From assembly GCA_964420065.1 (NCBI GenBank), contig CAYQQK010000003.1, positions 20,478-84,477 of the forward strand: a stretch of 64,000 nt of DNA. The letters run 5' to 3'. This DNA comes from an uncultured Syntrophomonadaceae bacterium. Its GTDB lineage: Bacteria; Bacillota; Dethiobacteria; DTU022. The notes under the pieces were generated by a model. The model did no database searches and was not told the origin of the DNA. It worked only from the letters and a program-made list of their open reading frames with translations. The translations under genes and the position numbers were made by a program. Shown one piece after another: positions 46,685 to 56,937 of this stretch (within the stretch, counting starts at the first letter, position 1; the number at the start of each line of letters is the position of its first letter).

Positions 46685-47423
46685 CCGGCGTTCTCAGCGG
46701 CCTTCTAAAAAAAACGAGGTCGATACTTCTTCCTGGATGGTTACCTATACCGATATGACCACCCTGCTCCTGGCCTTCTTCATTCTGATCTTCTCGTTTT
46801 CGATCATTGATGTGGAGCGCTTTGAACGTATTTTGGCTTCGATCCAGCTTTCCTTCCTGGGGCATACCGGTATTCTGGACAGCCCCCCGGAAATCGACCG
46901 GCCGATCTTCGAGGAGATCCCCGTTGGCGGCGGCCTGTTCGAACAGGATGAAGTGGCTTTACTGGAACGGATGCAAGAAATAGAAAAAGTGAAGCAACAG
47001 GTCGAGGAGTTTCTGGAAAGCATGGGTTTAACGGGTGTGGTGGAGGTAAGGGTGGAACATCGCGGCGTGGTCATGAATCTGCCCGATTATATCTTTTTCG
47101 AGCGATCCAGCGCTGATTTGCGCCCGGAGGCATGCGTGATTCTGGACAAATTAGCCAAGATTTTCCGGCAAGTACAACACCGGATCATCGTTGAAGGACA
47201 TACCTGCAATCTGCCGATCAACCTGCCTCTGTTCCCCAGCAACTGGGAACTGTCGGTGATCCGTTCGGTGCGGGTGACACGCTACCTGGTCGAAAAACAG
47301 AAACTGGAACCAAACCGGCTTATCGCTACCGGTTACGGCGAGTACCAGCCGCTGCAATCAAACGAGACAGCCGAAGGACGCGCGGCGAACCGCCGGGTTA
47401 CATTTGTGATCGAAATCGAATAA
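46677..47423 (+). CDS. motB: Flagellar stator protein MotB (OmpA-like peptidoglycan-binding)
   Basis: N-terminal WMVTYTDMTTLLLAFFI plug/TM and a C-terminal OmpA domain (GHTCN...NRRV). Confidence 0.85.
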   Translation: MPSRRSQRPSKKNEVDTSSWMVTYTDMTTLLLAFFILIFSFSIIDVERFERILASIQLSFLGHTGILDSPPEIDRPIFEEIPVGGGLFEQDEVALLERMQEIEKVKQQVEEFLESMGLTGVVEVRVEHRGVVMNLPDYIFFERSSADLRPEACVILDKLAKIFRQVQHRIIVEGHTCNLPINLPLFPSNWELSVIRSVRVTRYLVEKQKLEPNRLIATGYGEYQPLQSNETAEGRAANRRVTFVIEIE

Positions 47424-47459
47424 AACACCGGCACTGGACCGGTTCAAGGGGGTGGCATC

Positions 47460-47981
47460 TTGCAGGCAGGGGTGAAACGGAGAAGCCTGGAGGAATTCCC
47501 GGCCCGGGAAGCGCCAAAAAGTGCCGCACCGCAGGGTGGTAAGGAAAAAACATTGTTCCTTTTATTAATCACCGTGCTGGTATTGTTCTTTATTACCACC
47601 GCTTTTTTACTGTTTGGAAAGGACTTGATCGCCCGGCTTCCCACTTTCGCGGCCGGAGATAAAACAGTGGAGGCCGGACCGCAATACCAGACCGGTCTGA
47701 AAGAATTTCAGGTCAACCTGGCCGATAACGGCGCCAGGCGCTACCTGCGAGTAAAGCTTGTGCTCGGGTATGACGCCAGGTCGCTTCAGAAAGAGATCGA
47801 GCGGCGGGAAAACGAAATGCGCTCCGCCATCATCACCCTCCTCCGTGGCAAGACCGTAGCCGATCTGGACGAGCCCGGAGGTGCAGTAAAACTACAGGCC
47901 GATTTAATGGCGGAAGTGAACCGGTTTTTAGCAACCGGTGAAATCGAGGCGATTTACTTCGATGAATTGATTATCCAGTAG
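47460..47981 (+). CDS. fliL: Flagellar basal body-associated protein FliL
   Basis: Single TM; C-terminus RYLRVKLVLGYD...IYFDELIIQ matches FliL. Confidence 0.7.
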   Translation: MQAGVKRRSLEEFPAREAPKSAAPQGGKEKTLFLLLITVLVLFFITTAFLLFGKDLIARLPTFAAGDKTVEAGPQYQTGLKEFQVNLADNGARRYLRVKLVLGYDARSLQKEIERRENEMRSAIITLLRGKTVADLDEPGGAVKLQADLMAEVNRFLATGEIEAIYFDELIIQ

Positions 47982-47984
47982 GGA

Positions 47985-48359
47985 GTGACCGGCATGGCTG
48001 AACACGGCTTCAATGCATTCGATTCCAGGGCTACCCCTTCCGTGAAAGAAAACGGTGTTCCGGTGGTGAACAGGGTTACTTTTCCTTCCTTGCCGGACGC
48101 ACCTGCCGGCCCGTCACAGCATGGGATACCTGCCGTATTTCATGCTGTGGCGCTGGCCCTGCAAGCAGAGCTTGGCAAAACCATGCTCAAGGTCCGGGAT
48201 TTGATCAATCTTGAACAGGGCTCGCTTCTCAAGCTGGACCGGCTTGCCGATGAGAGTATCGCTGTTCTGGTTAACGAGGTTCCGTTCGCACAGGGCGAAG
48301 TGGTTGTGATCAACGACCGTTTTGCTGTTCGGATCACCGCTTTCGACGGAGAAGCTTGA
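47985..48359 (+). CDS. FliN-family (SpoA domain) switch/export gate protein
   Basis: C-terminus LEQGSLLKLDRLADESIAVLVNEVPFAQGEVVVINDRFAVRITAF matches the SpoA/FliN domain. Confidence 0.6.
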   Translation: MTGMAEHGFNAFDSRATPSVKENGVPVVNRVTFPSLPDAPAGPSQHGIPAVFHAVALALQAELGKTMLKVRDLINLEQGSLLKLDRLADESIAVLVNEVPFAQGEVVVINDRFAVRITAFDGEA

Positions 48360-48390
48360 TCGGGTTAAAACGTTAAAAGAAGGAATAAAC

Positions 48391-48777
48391 ATGGAAGAAT
48401 ATGCTTTTCTGGCCAGAGTTATCCCGACCTTGCTGCTGGTGCCGGTCCTGGCCTATCTGGCCCTGCGTTATGGCTTGAAAGCCATTTACCCCGGTCTGGG
48501 ACGGAGCCGCCTGCGGGTACTGGAAAAGATACCTCTCGATGCAAAATCGGGCAGTGCACTGCTGCTGGTGCAGGCCGGTGACGAACTGCTCCTTTTGGGG
48601 CTGGCCCGGGGCGGTGTTTCACTGATCAAGGAACTGGAACCGGAGTTGCTGACGGACAAGGAAGGCCAGCCGGCAGGCGATACTCCGGCCGTTCCGGACG
48701 GCTTCGCCGGTTTTCTGAAACAGGCCGGTCGGAGCCTGCTCAAACCGCTGCAGCAGGAATGGCGGCGGGCACGATGA
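48391..48777 (+). CDS. fliO: Flagellar biosynthesis protein FliO/FliZ
   Basis: Single-TM protein (LLLVPVLAYLALRYGL) followed by LLLVQAGDELLLLG, immediately upstream of fliP. Confidence 0.6.
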   Translation: MEEYAFLARVIPTLLLVPVLAYLALRYGLKAIYPGLGRSRLRVLEKIPLDAKSGSALLLVQAGDELLLLGLARGGVSLIKELEPELLTDKEGQPAGDTPAVPDGFAGFLKQAGRSLLKPLQQEWRRAR

Positions 48778-49538
48778 AGACAAACCGGCTCAAAACTGTT
48801 CTGAGCATTCTGCTCGTTCTGGCCCTGGTGCTGTGGTATGGGACCGGGCGGGCGGGAGCACAAACACCTTCTTTGGAACTGCATCTGGGCGGAGGCGGTG
48901 AAGAACCGGCGGCCCTGGTTGGCACCTTGCAGCTTCTACTGGTGCTGGCCTTGCTTAGCCTGGCGCCGGCCATGATCATGCTCATGACTTCCTTTACCAG
49001 GATTGTCGTGGTCCTGGCTTTTGTTCGCAATGCGCTGGCCACGCCGCAGATCCCGCCGAACCAGGTTCTGATCGGCCTGGCCATTTTCCTTACTTTTTTT
49101 GTGATGAGCCCCACCCTGAACAGAATTAATGAAGAGGCTTTGCAGCCCTATCTGGCCGGTGAGATCGAACAGGAGGAAGCGATTGCGGCGGGTTCCGGGA
49201 CCATACGCGAGTTCATGTTGCCCCATACCCGGGAGAAGGACTTGCAATTGTTCATGGGCTTGGCCGGGTTGGAGGTATCACCACCGGCGGAGGGAATTCC
49301 CTTGTATGCGTTGATCCCTTCTTTTGTCATCAGTGAGCTCAAAACCGCTTTTCAAATGGGTTTCGTGGTTTTTATCCCTTTCCTGATTATCGACATGGTT
49401 GTGGCCAGCACGCTTATGTCCATGGGTATGTTCATGCTTCCCCCCGTGATCGTGTCCTTGCCGTTCAAGTTGATGCTGTTTGTTCTCGTCGACGGGTGGT
49501 ATCTGGTGATCAAATCTTTAATGGAAAGTTTATTTTGA
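48774..49538 (+). CDS. fliP: Flagellar export apparatus protein FliP
   Basis: Signal peptide plus conserved FliP core (FTRIVVVLAFVRNALATPQIPPNQVL). Confidence 0.9.
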   Translation: MKTNRLKTVLSILLVLALVLWYGTGRAGAQTPSLELHLGGGGEEPAALVGTLQLLLVLALLSLAPAMIMLMTSFTRIVVVLAFVRNALATPQIPPNQVLIGLAIFLTFFVMSPTLNRINEEALQPYLAGEIEQEEAIAAGSGTIREFMLPHTREKDLQLFMGLAGLEVSPPAEGIPLYALIPSFVISELKTAFQMGFVVFIPFLIIDMVVASTLMSMGMFMLPPVIVSLPFKLMLFVLVDGWYLVIKSLMESLF

Positions 49539-49550
49539 GGAGTGCGAAGG

Positions 49551-49817
49551 ATGACGGCAGATCAGGTTCTGGGAGTAGTGCGGGAGGCGATTGTGCTTAT
49601 CTTGTTAATGGTGGCTCCGTTACTGGGTACGGGGTTATTGGTTGGCCTGACGGTGAGTGTTTTCCAGGCTACCACCCAGATCCAGGAACCGACGCTGGCC
49701 TTTGTCCCCAAAATCGTTGCCGTTCTGGGGGCGCTTTTTTTATTTGGCGGCTGCATTTTGCGCCTGATCGTTCAATTCACCCTGCAGTTGTGGGAAGCAG
49801 GATTCACCTTGATGTAA
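49551..49817 (+). CDS. fliQ: Flagellar export apparatus protein FliQ
   Basis: 89 aa, 2 TM; matches FliQ. Confidence 0.85.
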   Translation: MTADQVLGVVREAIVLILLMVAPLLGTGLLVGLTVSVFQATTQIQEPTLAFVPKIVAVLGALFLFGGCILRLIVQFTLQLWEAGFTLM

Positions 49818-49974
49818 ATAGTTGGTTTTTCCTCCCCTTCCCTCCTTGTAAAGGTGGAACGGAGCAGGGGTTACGGTAACCGTTGATATTGGCGGCGGCA
49901 AGCAGGCAATTTCTCATCCCTCTTGAGGGGGAAAAGGTGTGGCCGGAGGGGATGGGTCAGGGGGGAGTGATAAG

Positions 49975-50751
49975 GTGATCGAAGAAATTTTTAACCAGGA
50001 TTGGTGGTTTCCCTATCTGCTCATTACCGCGCGGGTGACCGGGGTGATTTTTCTGTTCCCCTTTTTCGGTTGGCGCGGTGCCCCGGCGGCGATCAGGCTC
50101 TGGCTGTCCATGTTCATCGGGCTGGCCATTTTCTTCTCCTTGCGGGGAGAAATATTTCCTGTTTCCCGGGGCGGGGTGGAAACGGTGTTGTTCATGGCCA
50201 AGGAAGTTCTGACAGGGTTGGCACTCGGTTACCTGAACCTGTTATTTTTAACGGTGTTCCTCAACACCGGCCAGTTCATCGACATCAAAGCCGGTTTGAT
50301 GCTTTCCGGAGTGTTCGAACCGCAATTCGGCAACCAGGTTACTTTTGTAGGGCAGCTCTATTATCTGACGGCGATGGCTTTTTACCTGGCCATCAACGCG
50401 CATCATTATTTTTTGCAGGCGTTGGCAGAAAGTTTTGCTTTGATTCCTTTGGGGGCCGGACTTTTCGGTCGGTCAATCGCAGGCGGGCTGGCCCGGATCC
50501 TGGCCGATTCGATTCGCCTTGCTTTTCAACTGGCTGCGCCGATCATTGTTACCCTGCTTCTAGTTGACCTGGCCCTGGGTCTTGTTGCCCGGACGGTGCC
50601 CCAGATCCATGTTTTCATCGAAGGACTACCCTTGAAGATCGCCCTTTCCCTTTTACTGGTTGCAGTATTGCTGCCTTTGACGGGAATAGCTATGGAAAAT
50701 TTCCTTAACCGGTTTTTACGGCAGTATCTTCAATTCATGCAGGGGTGGTGA
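49975..50751 (+). CDS. fliR: Flagellar export apparatus protein FliR
   Basis: Polytopic, about 260 aa, located after fliQ. The start is uncertain; a GTG at ~49975 was chosen. Confidence 0.8.
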   Translation: MIEEIFNQDWWFPYLLITARVTGVIFLFPFFGWRGAPAAIRLWLSMFIGLAIFFSLRGEIFPVSRGGVETVLFMAKEVLTGLALGYLNLLFLTVFLNTGQFIDIKAGLMLSGVFEPQFGNQVTFVGQLYYLTAMAFYLAINAHHYFLQALAESFALIPLGAGLFGRSIAGGLARILADSIRLAFQLAAPIIVTLLLVDLALGLVARTVPQIHVFIEGLPLKIALSLLLVAVLLPLTGIAMENFLNRFLRQYLQFMQGW

Positions 50752-50755
50752 AACC

Positions 50756-51841
50756 GTGTTATTTCTCGCCGCAGAGGGAGGAGACAAAACTGAACAACCA
50801 ACCCCGCACCGCCTTCGGGAAGCGCGGCGCAAGGGGCAGGTTTTCAAAAGCACAGAACTGAATGCGGCGATCAACATTCTTGGGGTGATGCTGGTACTGC
50901 TCCTTCTGGGGCGAATGGCCGGCGTTGCTTTCCTGGGGATGTTCAGGCATTATTTCGATCAGATCGGGGAACGTGCCGTTGACATGGGCAACATCAAAGC
51001 TGTCGGTGCAGAAGCAGGGTATTTTTATTTTAATCTGGTTGCCCCGATCTTTTTAACCGCCTTGCTTCTCGGGGTAGCATCCAACCTGGCCCAGGTCGGC
51101 TTCCTGATTACGCCCTCACAATTGACACCGCAACCCGGCCGGCTCAATCCCATGGAGGGGTTGAAAAGAATCGTTTCAGGCCGGGCCCTGTTTGAACTGT
51201 TGAAATCGCTCCTCAAAATTGTAATCGTGGGTCTAGTTGCGTACACGTATGTTCGCGGCCGGCTTGACCGGACCCTGATGCTGCTCGATCGCAGCCCGGT
51301 TGTGTGCATGGAATTTTTTTGGCAGACCATGGTCGAGCTGGGATTGCGGGTCGGGTTTGTTTACGCGGCACTGGCGGTGCTGGACTACCTTTTTCAGCGC
51401 TGGGAATACATGAAAAGCATGCGCATGAGCCGGATGGAGGTTAAAGACGAGTTGAAACACCTGGAAGGGGATCCACTGATCCGTTCCCGGATCCGGGAAA
51501 AACAACGGCATCTGGCCCGCCAGCGTATGCTGCATGACGTGCCCGAAGCGGACGTTGTGGTCACCAACCCGACGGAAATAGCAGTAGCCTTGCGCTATCG
51601 CGCTGACCGGGACAGCGCGCCGCGCGTTGTGGCCAAGGGAATGGCTCGCATTGCTGCACAGATCAAAAAAATCGCCCGGGAAAACGAGGTGCCGGTGGTG
51701 GAAAATCCCGGCGTAGCGCGCTTGCTCTGGAAACAGGCTGAACCGGGTGAGGAAATACCGGTTGATCTTTACCAGGCGGTGGCCGAGATCCTGGCCCTGG
51801 TCTACCGGCTTAAGGGAAAACAGGTTCCCGAGTCGGTATAA
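50756..51841 (+). CDS. flhB: Flagellar export apparatus protein FlhB
   Basis: GDKTEQPTPHRLREARRKGQVFKS N-terminus; the autocleavage NPTH-like region is present (NPTE). Confidence 0.9.
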   Translation: MLFLAAEGGDKTEQPTPHRLREARRKGQVFKSTELNAAINILGVMLVLLLLGRMAGVAFLGMFRHYFDQIGERAVDMGNIKAVGAEAGYFYFNLVAPIFLTALLLGVASNLAQVGFLITPSQLTPQPGRLNPMEGLKRIVSGRALFELLKSLLKIVIVGLVAYTYVRGRLDRTLMLLDRSPVVCMEFFWQTMVELGLRVGFVYAALAVLDYLFQRWEYMKSMRMSRMEVKDELKHLEGDPLIRSRIREKQRHLARQRMLHDVPEADVVVTNPTEIAVALRYRADRDSAPRVVAKGMARIAAQIKKIARENEVPVVENPGVARLLWKQAEPGEEIPVDLYQAVAEILALVYRLKGKQVPESV

Positions 51842-52004
51842 AGGACTTCCCTTTTCCCCTTTGCGGGGGGAGAAGGAGGGGCAAAGATTGAACTAACGAC
51901 GTCTCTATTGTTCAATAATCTTCTTCTCTCTCACCCCCTGTTTCCCCCAGGGTGAGGAGAAAAGAAGCCGGGGAAGAAGCAGTTTGTACGGGAGGTAGAA
52001 CAAC

Positions 52005-54089
52005 ATGACCTCTAGATCGGGAGCGGGCCGTAAAATACCATGGATAGCCTATATCCGGGGCAACCTGGATATTGTAGGAATGATCGCCTTTGTCTTTGTG
52101 GTCGCTATTATTATCATCCCAATCCCGACTGGTTTGCTGGATCTGCTCCTGACCTTCAATATCACTATCGGCCTGGTCATTTTACTGAACATTCTTTTCA
52201 CCAGGGAAACCCGGCAACTACACATCTTCCCTTCCGCATTGCTGGCCACGACCCTCTTCCGCCTGGCGCTGAACATCTCATCGACCCGCCTTATTTTGTC
52301 CCAGGCCGATGCCGGAAGAGTAATTCAGGCCTTCGGCCAATTTGTGGTCGGGGGCAACATGGTCGTCGGAATGGTCATCTTTTTGATCATCACCGTTGTC
52401 CAGTTCGTGGTTATAACCAACGGGGCGGGGAGGATTGCCGAGGTGGCGGCCCGGTTCACTCTTGATGCTCTGCCCGGCAAGCAAATGAGTATCGATGCCG
52501 ATTTCAATGCCGGTTTGATCGATGAGAAGGAGGCCCGTTACCGGAGAAAGGAGCTGCAACAGGAAGCCGACTTTTACGGGGCGATGGACGGCGCCAGCAA
52601 ATTTGTGCGGGGTGATGCCATTGCCGGGATCGTGATCGTGTTGATCAATATTATCGGGGGGCTGTCGATCGGGGTGCTGCAACGGGGAATGGAGGTGGCC
52701 GAAGCAGCCCGGGTCTATACCGTACTGACGGTGGGGGACGGATTGGTGGCCCAGGTGCCGGCTTTGCTCATATCCACTGCCGCCGGCATGCTGGTGACCC
52801 GCTCAACCGCGGAAGCTTCCTTTGGCGAAGAGATCACCGGGCAGTTTTTCAGTTATCCCAAGGTGATCATGCTCGCCGCGGTGCTTCTCTTTTTTCTTGG
52901 CCTTGTTCCGGGGTTGCCCGAAATACCTTTTTTCATGCTGGCCGGTGCATTCGGGATGGTTGCTTTTACCCTGACGCGCGAACAGAAACGGGCGGCAGCG
53001 GAACCGGAAGAAGATAAAAGACCGGCGGCGAAAGAGCCGGAGGACTTTCGGCAGATCCTGAAAGTTGAATTGCTGGAAATAGAAATTGGCTATAATCTGG
53101 TTCCGTTGACTGATGAAACTGCAGGAGGAAACCTTCTTGAACGTATCACCGCGGCCCGACACCGGGCGATCAAGGAGCTGGGCATGATCATCCAGCCGAT
53201 CCGGGTTCGCGACAATTTGCACCTGGCGCCGAACGAGTACCTGTTCAGGTTAAAGGGTAACGAAATCGTTCGCAACGAGGTCCGTCCCGGAATGTTCCTG
53301 GCTTTGAACCCGGAGGGTGAGCTGCCGGATACGCTCGAGGGCCTGCCTACCCGTGAGCCTACTTTCGACTTACCGGCCCAGTGGATCGGTGCGGATCAAA
53401 AAAACCATGCCGAGATGCTGGGGCTGACCGTGGTTGACGCGGCCACGGTTCTGGTGACCCACCTCCTGGAAACGATCCGGAACAACGCGCACGAGCTTCT
53501 GGGCCGGCAAACAGTCCAGGAAATGTTGCAAATCGTGAAAGAGAACCAACCGGCGGTGGTCGAAGAGCTGCTGCCCGAGATCATGACCCTGGGTGCAATC
53601 CAGAAAGTTTTGCAAAACCTGTTGCGCGAGAGGGTGCCCCTGCACGATCTGGTTACGATTTTGGAAGAACTGACCGACCAGGCGCGAACGATAAAGGAGA
53701 TCGATTTTCTGACAGAATCGGTCCGTCAGACTCTCTGTCGCACCATCACCGGCCTTTATGCTGACTCCGGCGGTCGCCTCAAGGTAATCACCCTTGATCC
53801 CGCACTGGAACAAAAGCTGGCCGAATCGCTGCAAACCACCCGGCAAGGCCTGTTTCCCATTTTGGAACCGCAAGCGGCACGGAACCTGCTCACCGGTCTG
53901 GGGAGGATGGTTGAAAAGGTGACCGGAAAGGGGATCACGCCCATCGTGATGACCGCACCCGGTATTCGCCTGCCCTTCCGGCGCATGATTGAACGCTCTT
54001 TTCCACAGGTGGCGGTTTTATCCGTGCATGAAATTTTACCCGAAACAGCAGTGGAAGCAGTGGGGGTGATCCGGGAAGATGAAAATTAG
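52005..54089 (+). CDS. flhA: Flagellar export apparatus protein FlhA
   Basis: 694 aa with an N-terminal 8-TM domain and a cytoplasmic domain. RBS GGGAGG. Confidence 0.95.
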   Translation: MTSRSGAGRKIPWIAYIRGNLDIVGMIAFVFVVAIIIIPIPTGLLDLLLTFNITIGLVILLNILFTRETRQLHIFPSALLATTLFRLALNISSTRLILSQADAGRVIQAFGQFVVGGNMVVGMVIFLIITVVQFVVITNGAGRIAEVAARFTLDALPGKQMSIDADFNAGLIDEKEARYRRKELQQEADFYGAMDGASKFVRGDAIAGIVIVLINIIGGLSIGVLQRGMEVAEAARVYTVLTVGDGLVAQVPALLISTAAGMLVTRSTAEASFGEEITGQFFSYPKVIMLAAVLLFFLGLVPGLPEIPFFMLAGAFGMVAFTLTREQKRAAAEPEEDKRPAAKEPEDFRQILKVELLEIEIGYNLVPLTDETAGGNLLERITAARHRAIKELGMIIQPIRVRDNLHLAPNEYLFRLKGNEIVRNEVRPGMFLALNPEGELPDTLEGLPTREPTFDLPAQWIGADQKNHAEMLGLTVVDAATVLVTHLLETIRNNAHELLGRQTVQEMLQIVKENQPAVVEELLPEIMTLGAIQKVLQNLLRERVPLHDLVTILEELTDQARTIKEIDFLTESVRQTLCRTITGLYADSGGRLKVITLDPALEQKLAESLQTTRQGLFPILEPQAARNLLTGLGRMVEKVTGKGITPIVMTAPGIRLPFRRMIERSFPQVAVLSVHEILPETAVEAVGVIREDEN

Positions 54090-55224
54090 AAAATTCTTCT
54101 GCAATGGCGTCCACGAAGGGTTGCAAAGGGTTAAGCGGGAACTCGGACCCGATGCGATGATTTTGCAGTGTCGCAAAGCCCGACGCCGGGGATTCGCCGG
54201 GTTGTTTGCCCCTCCGGGGGTGGAGATAATTGCAGTGCTGGACTGTTCCCCCGGACCGGCAGTTTTTGAAGACAGGGTGCGGGAAACAAAAACAGGCCGG
54301 GAATGGGTCCGGCCCGAAACGGTGCACGCGGGGCAACGAGAGTTAAGAAGTTTGATCCGGGAGGCCAAACCGGAGGGGAAAGTCGCTCTCCCCCCTGTTT
54401 CCCGTAACCGGTTTCACCTCTGGCAGGCGTTGCTCGAACGCCATGATCTTGATCCGGCCTTGCGCGAGGCTATTTTGGGCGAACTGGAACACAGTATAAC
54501 AGGTTCAACCGTTCCGGTTCCGGAAACAACGGCCTTGGCGCTGGTAAAAGAGACGATCCGTCGTATTCCCCGGTGTCATGAAAAAACAAACCGGGTCAAA
54601 ATACTGGTCGGTCCGACCGGGGTGGGGAAAACCACTACCCTGGCCAAACTGGCGGCGCGGTATTCCCTTTTTCACCGGGAGAAGGTGGGCCTGATCACGG
54701 TCGATCATTATCGGATCGGGGCGGTGGAACAGCTTGGCACCTACGCCGATATTATCGGGTTGCCGATGGAAACGGTACTGGCCCCCGACGAACTACCGGC
54801 AGCCCTGGCCTGTCTCGAGGGCTGTCGGCATATCCTGGTAGATACTGCGGGAAAACCGACGGGGAACCCGGATGAAATTGAAGATCTGTCCGCCTATATC
54901 AAACAGCTGTTGCCGGCCGAGGTGTTTTTGGTTGTCAGCGCCACAACCCGCCGGCAGGACCTGCAGCTCATTGCCGACAGTTTTGCCGCGCTGCACTATA
55001 ACCGGCTCATCATCACCAAAATGGATGAGACCGCTTCCTTCGGCGCCCTGCTCAACGCACCGCATTATACGGGCTGTTCACTGGCCTACCTGACCGATGG
55101 GCAAAGCGTACCTGAAGATTTGCAACTGGCCCGGGAAGTGAACCTGGAGACCCTACTCTTTCCCGGGGGAGGTGAAACCGGTTGGCCGATCAGGCAGAAA
55201 AGTTGCGGGAGTATGCTGTCGTAA
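54079..55224 (+). CDS. flhF: Flagellar SRP-like GTPase FlhF
   Basis: GPTGVGKTTTLAKLA G1 motif and DTAGK G3 motif. Confidence 0.85.
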   Translation: MKIRKFFCNGVHEGLQRVKRELGPDAMILQCRKARRRGFAGLFAPPGVEIIAVLDCSPGPAVFEDRVRETKTGREWVRPETVHAGQRELRSLIREAKPEGKVALPPVSRNRFHLWQALLERHDLDPALREAILGELEHSITGSTVPVPETTALALVKETIRRIPRCHEKTNRVKILVGPTGVGKTTTLAKLAARYSLFHREKVGLITVDHYRIGAVEQLGTYADIIGLPMETVLAPDELPAALACLEGCRHILVDTAGKPTGNPDEIEDLSAYIKQLLPAEVFLVVSATTRRQDLQLIADSFAALHYNRLIITKMDETASFGALLNAPHYTGCSLAYLTDGQSVPEDLQLAREVNLETLLFPGGGETGWPIRQKSCGSMLS

Positions 55225-56114
55225 CAGGACACGAGGCCACGACCGGAAGAGCAGGGACATGCCGGGTTGTAACTGTCACCAGCGGTAAAGGGGGTGTCGG
55301 CAAGAGCAGCCTGGCGCTGAATATGTCCCTGGCTCTGGCCCGTGCGGGAAGCCGGGTAGCCGTTGCCGATCTGGATCTCGGCCTGGCCAATCTCGATGTT
55401 TTACTGAATATGCTGCCGCGTTATACCATGAACGACCTGCTTGACGGGACAAAAGGTTTGGCGGAGGTGGTGCTGACCGGGCCCTATGGGTTGCGACTGG
55501 TGCCGGGTTGCACGGGTACTTTTGATATGGCCAACCTCGACCCGGTTCGAACGGGCCGTCTCATCGAAAAATTGCGGTTGCTGGAACAAGAATGTGATCT
55601 CCTCTTTTTAGATACCGGAGCCGGGCTTTCCCGTCCCATCCTTGATTTTGTCCGGGCGGCCGATGAGTTTATTGTCGTCACCACACCCGACCCGACCGCC
55701 CTGACCGATGCTTACGGCATCCTGAAAGCCATCTTCCAGCGCGGCGATGCCGGAAAAGGTTACATTGTCATCAATTTTGTTCGTTGTACCAGGCAGGGGG
55801 AAGAGGTTTTTGAAAAATTACGGCAGGTTGTTCAACGCTACCTGCCCGGAATGGATATTCAGTACCTGGGCGGGATCAGCTACGACCCGGCCGTAGCTGA
55901 AGCTGTTCGGAACTTCACCCCTTTTATACTCAGTCACCCCGGATCTGTTGCGGCAGATGCCGTGAATCGGATCGCCCGGCGGCATTATCTTAGTGCCAAT
56001 AGATCCGAGAACCGTCCGGCGGGGCTGATCTCTTTTTTGAACCGGCTCAAAAATTTCGATTCGGGCCGGATCCGGCCCGAATCGGGGCCGGCCGGCAGTG
56101 CACCGGCCCGGTAG
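55182..56114 (+). CDS. flhG: MinD-like ATPase FlhG (YlxH/FleN)
   Basis: Deviant Walker A (SGKGGVGKSS), MinD/ParA family, positioned after flhF. Confidence 0.8.
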   Translation: MADQAEKLREYAVVTGHEATTGRAGTCRVVTVTSGKGGVGKSSLALNMSLALARAGSRVAVADLDLGLANLDVLLNMLPRYTMNDLLDGTKGLAEVVLTGPYGLRLVPGCTGTFDMANLDPVRTGRLIEKLRLLEQECDLLFLDTGAGLSRPILDFVRAADEFIVVTTPDPTALTDAYGILKAIFQRGDAGKGYIVINFVRCTRQGEEVFEKLRQVVQRYLPGMDIQYLGGISYDPAVAEAVRNFTPFILSHPGSVAADAVNRIARRHYLSANRSENRPAGLISFLNRLKNFDSGRIRPESGPAGSAPAR

Positions 56115-56156
56115 AGGCCGGGTGCAAATAAACGACAACAAAAGGCGGGACATGTT

Positions 56157-56888
56157 TTGGAGCGCAAAACGAGGAGCGGGTCGGGCATGGCAGGCCGTGA
56201 TCCATTCCAAAGCGGAACCAGGATCCAGGTATTCCATAAAACGGAGTGGCTTTCCTGTACCGCACTGATCGGTGAAACCGGAAAGGATTTTTTTACGATC
56301 ACTTTCTCCCCGGCGGGGAGAAGAAAACCGGAAATGCCGCCGGGCAGCACATGGATGTTTTGCCTGCTCCGGGAAGAAGGTCTTTATCGTTTCAGCGCTC
56401 CGGTGATGGAATGTATCACCAGGCCCGGGGCGCTTCCGGTCTACCGCGTTGCCCGGCCCTCCCTGATGCAGCGGCAACAGCGGCGGCGGTTTGTCCGCCT
56501 TTCTTGCAACCTTAGTGCGCTCTATTGGAGGTTGGAACGGAAGTTTCCTCACCCGACGGGGAAAAGGTGCGCCGCAGGTCTGCTTTCATCCATGGTGGAA
56601 CAACAGCCGGGCACCGAGGCGCGGGTTTTGAACATTTCCGGGGGCGGCCTGAAACTGCTTGCCCCGGAGCACCTGCCTCTGGGGACGCGGCTACTGTTGC
56701 AATTACAACTTGATGCCCCGGAGGCCAGGATGCTTGTGGCGGAGGGTATTATCGAGCGGGTGCAGCCGGTAGATCCAAAATACCGGAACCGGTTTCAAAT
56801 CGGGGTTTCTTTCAGTGCCATTCACCGGGGTGCGCGTGAACGGATCATTCGCTACATTTTCCGCCGTCTGCGCTGCCGTTTTCGGTAA
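56157..56888 (+). CDS. PilZ-domain c-di-GMP receptor, YcgR/MotI-like flagellar brake
   Basis: RRRFVR (RxxxR) and NISGGG (D/NxSxGG) PilZ motifs, with a YcgR-like N-domain. Confidence 0.65.
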   Translation: MERKTRSGSGMAGRDPFQSGTRIQVFHKTEWLSCTALIGETGKDFFTITFSPAGRRKPEMPPGSTWMFCLLREEGLYRFSAPVMECITRPGALPVYRVARPSLMQRQQRRRFVRLSCNLSALYWRLERKFPHPTGKRCAAGLLSSMVEQQPGTEARVLNISGGGLKLLAPEHLPLGTRLLLQLQLDAPEARMLVAEGIIERVQPVDPKYRNRFQIGVSFSAIHRGARERIIRYIFRRLRCRFR

Positions 56889-56937
56889 AATCCCGGTCGG
56901 AAGCGGAATCATGATCTGTGGAAGGAGGTTGCCGGTA

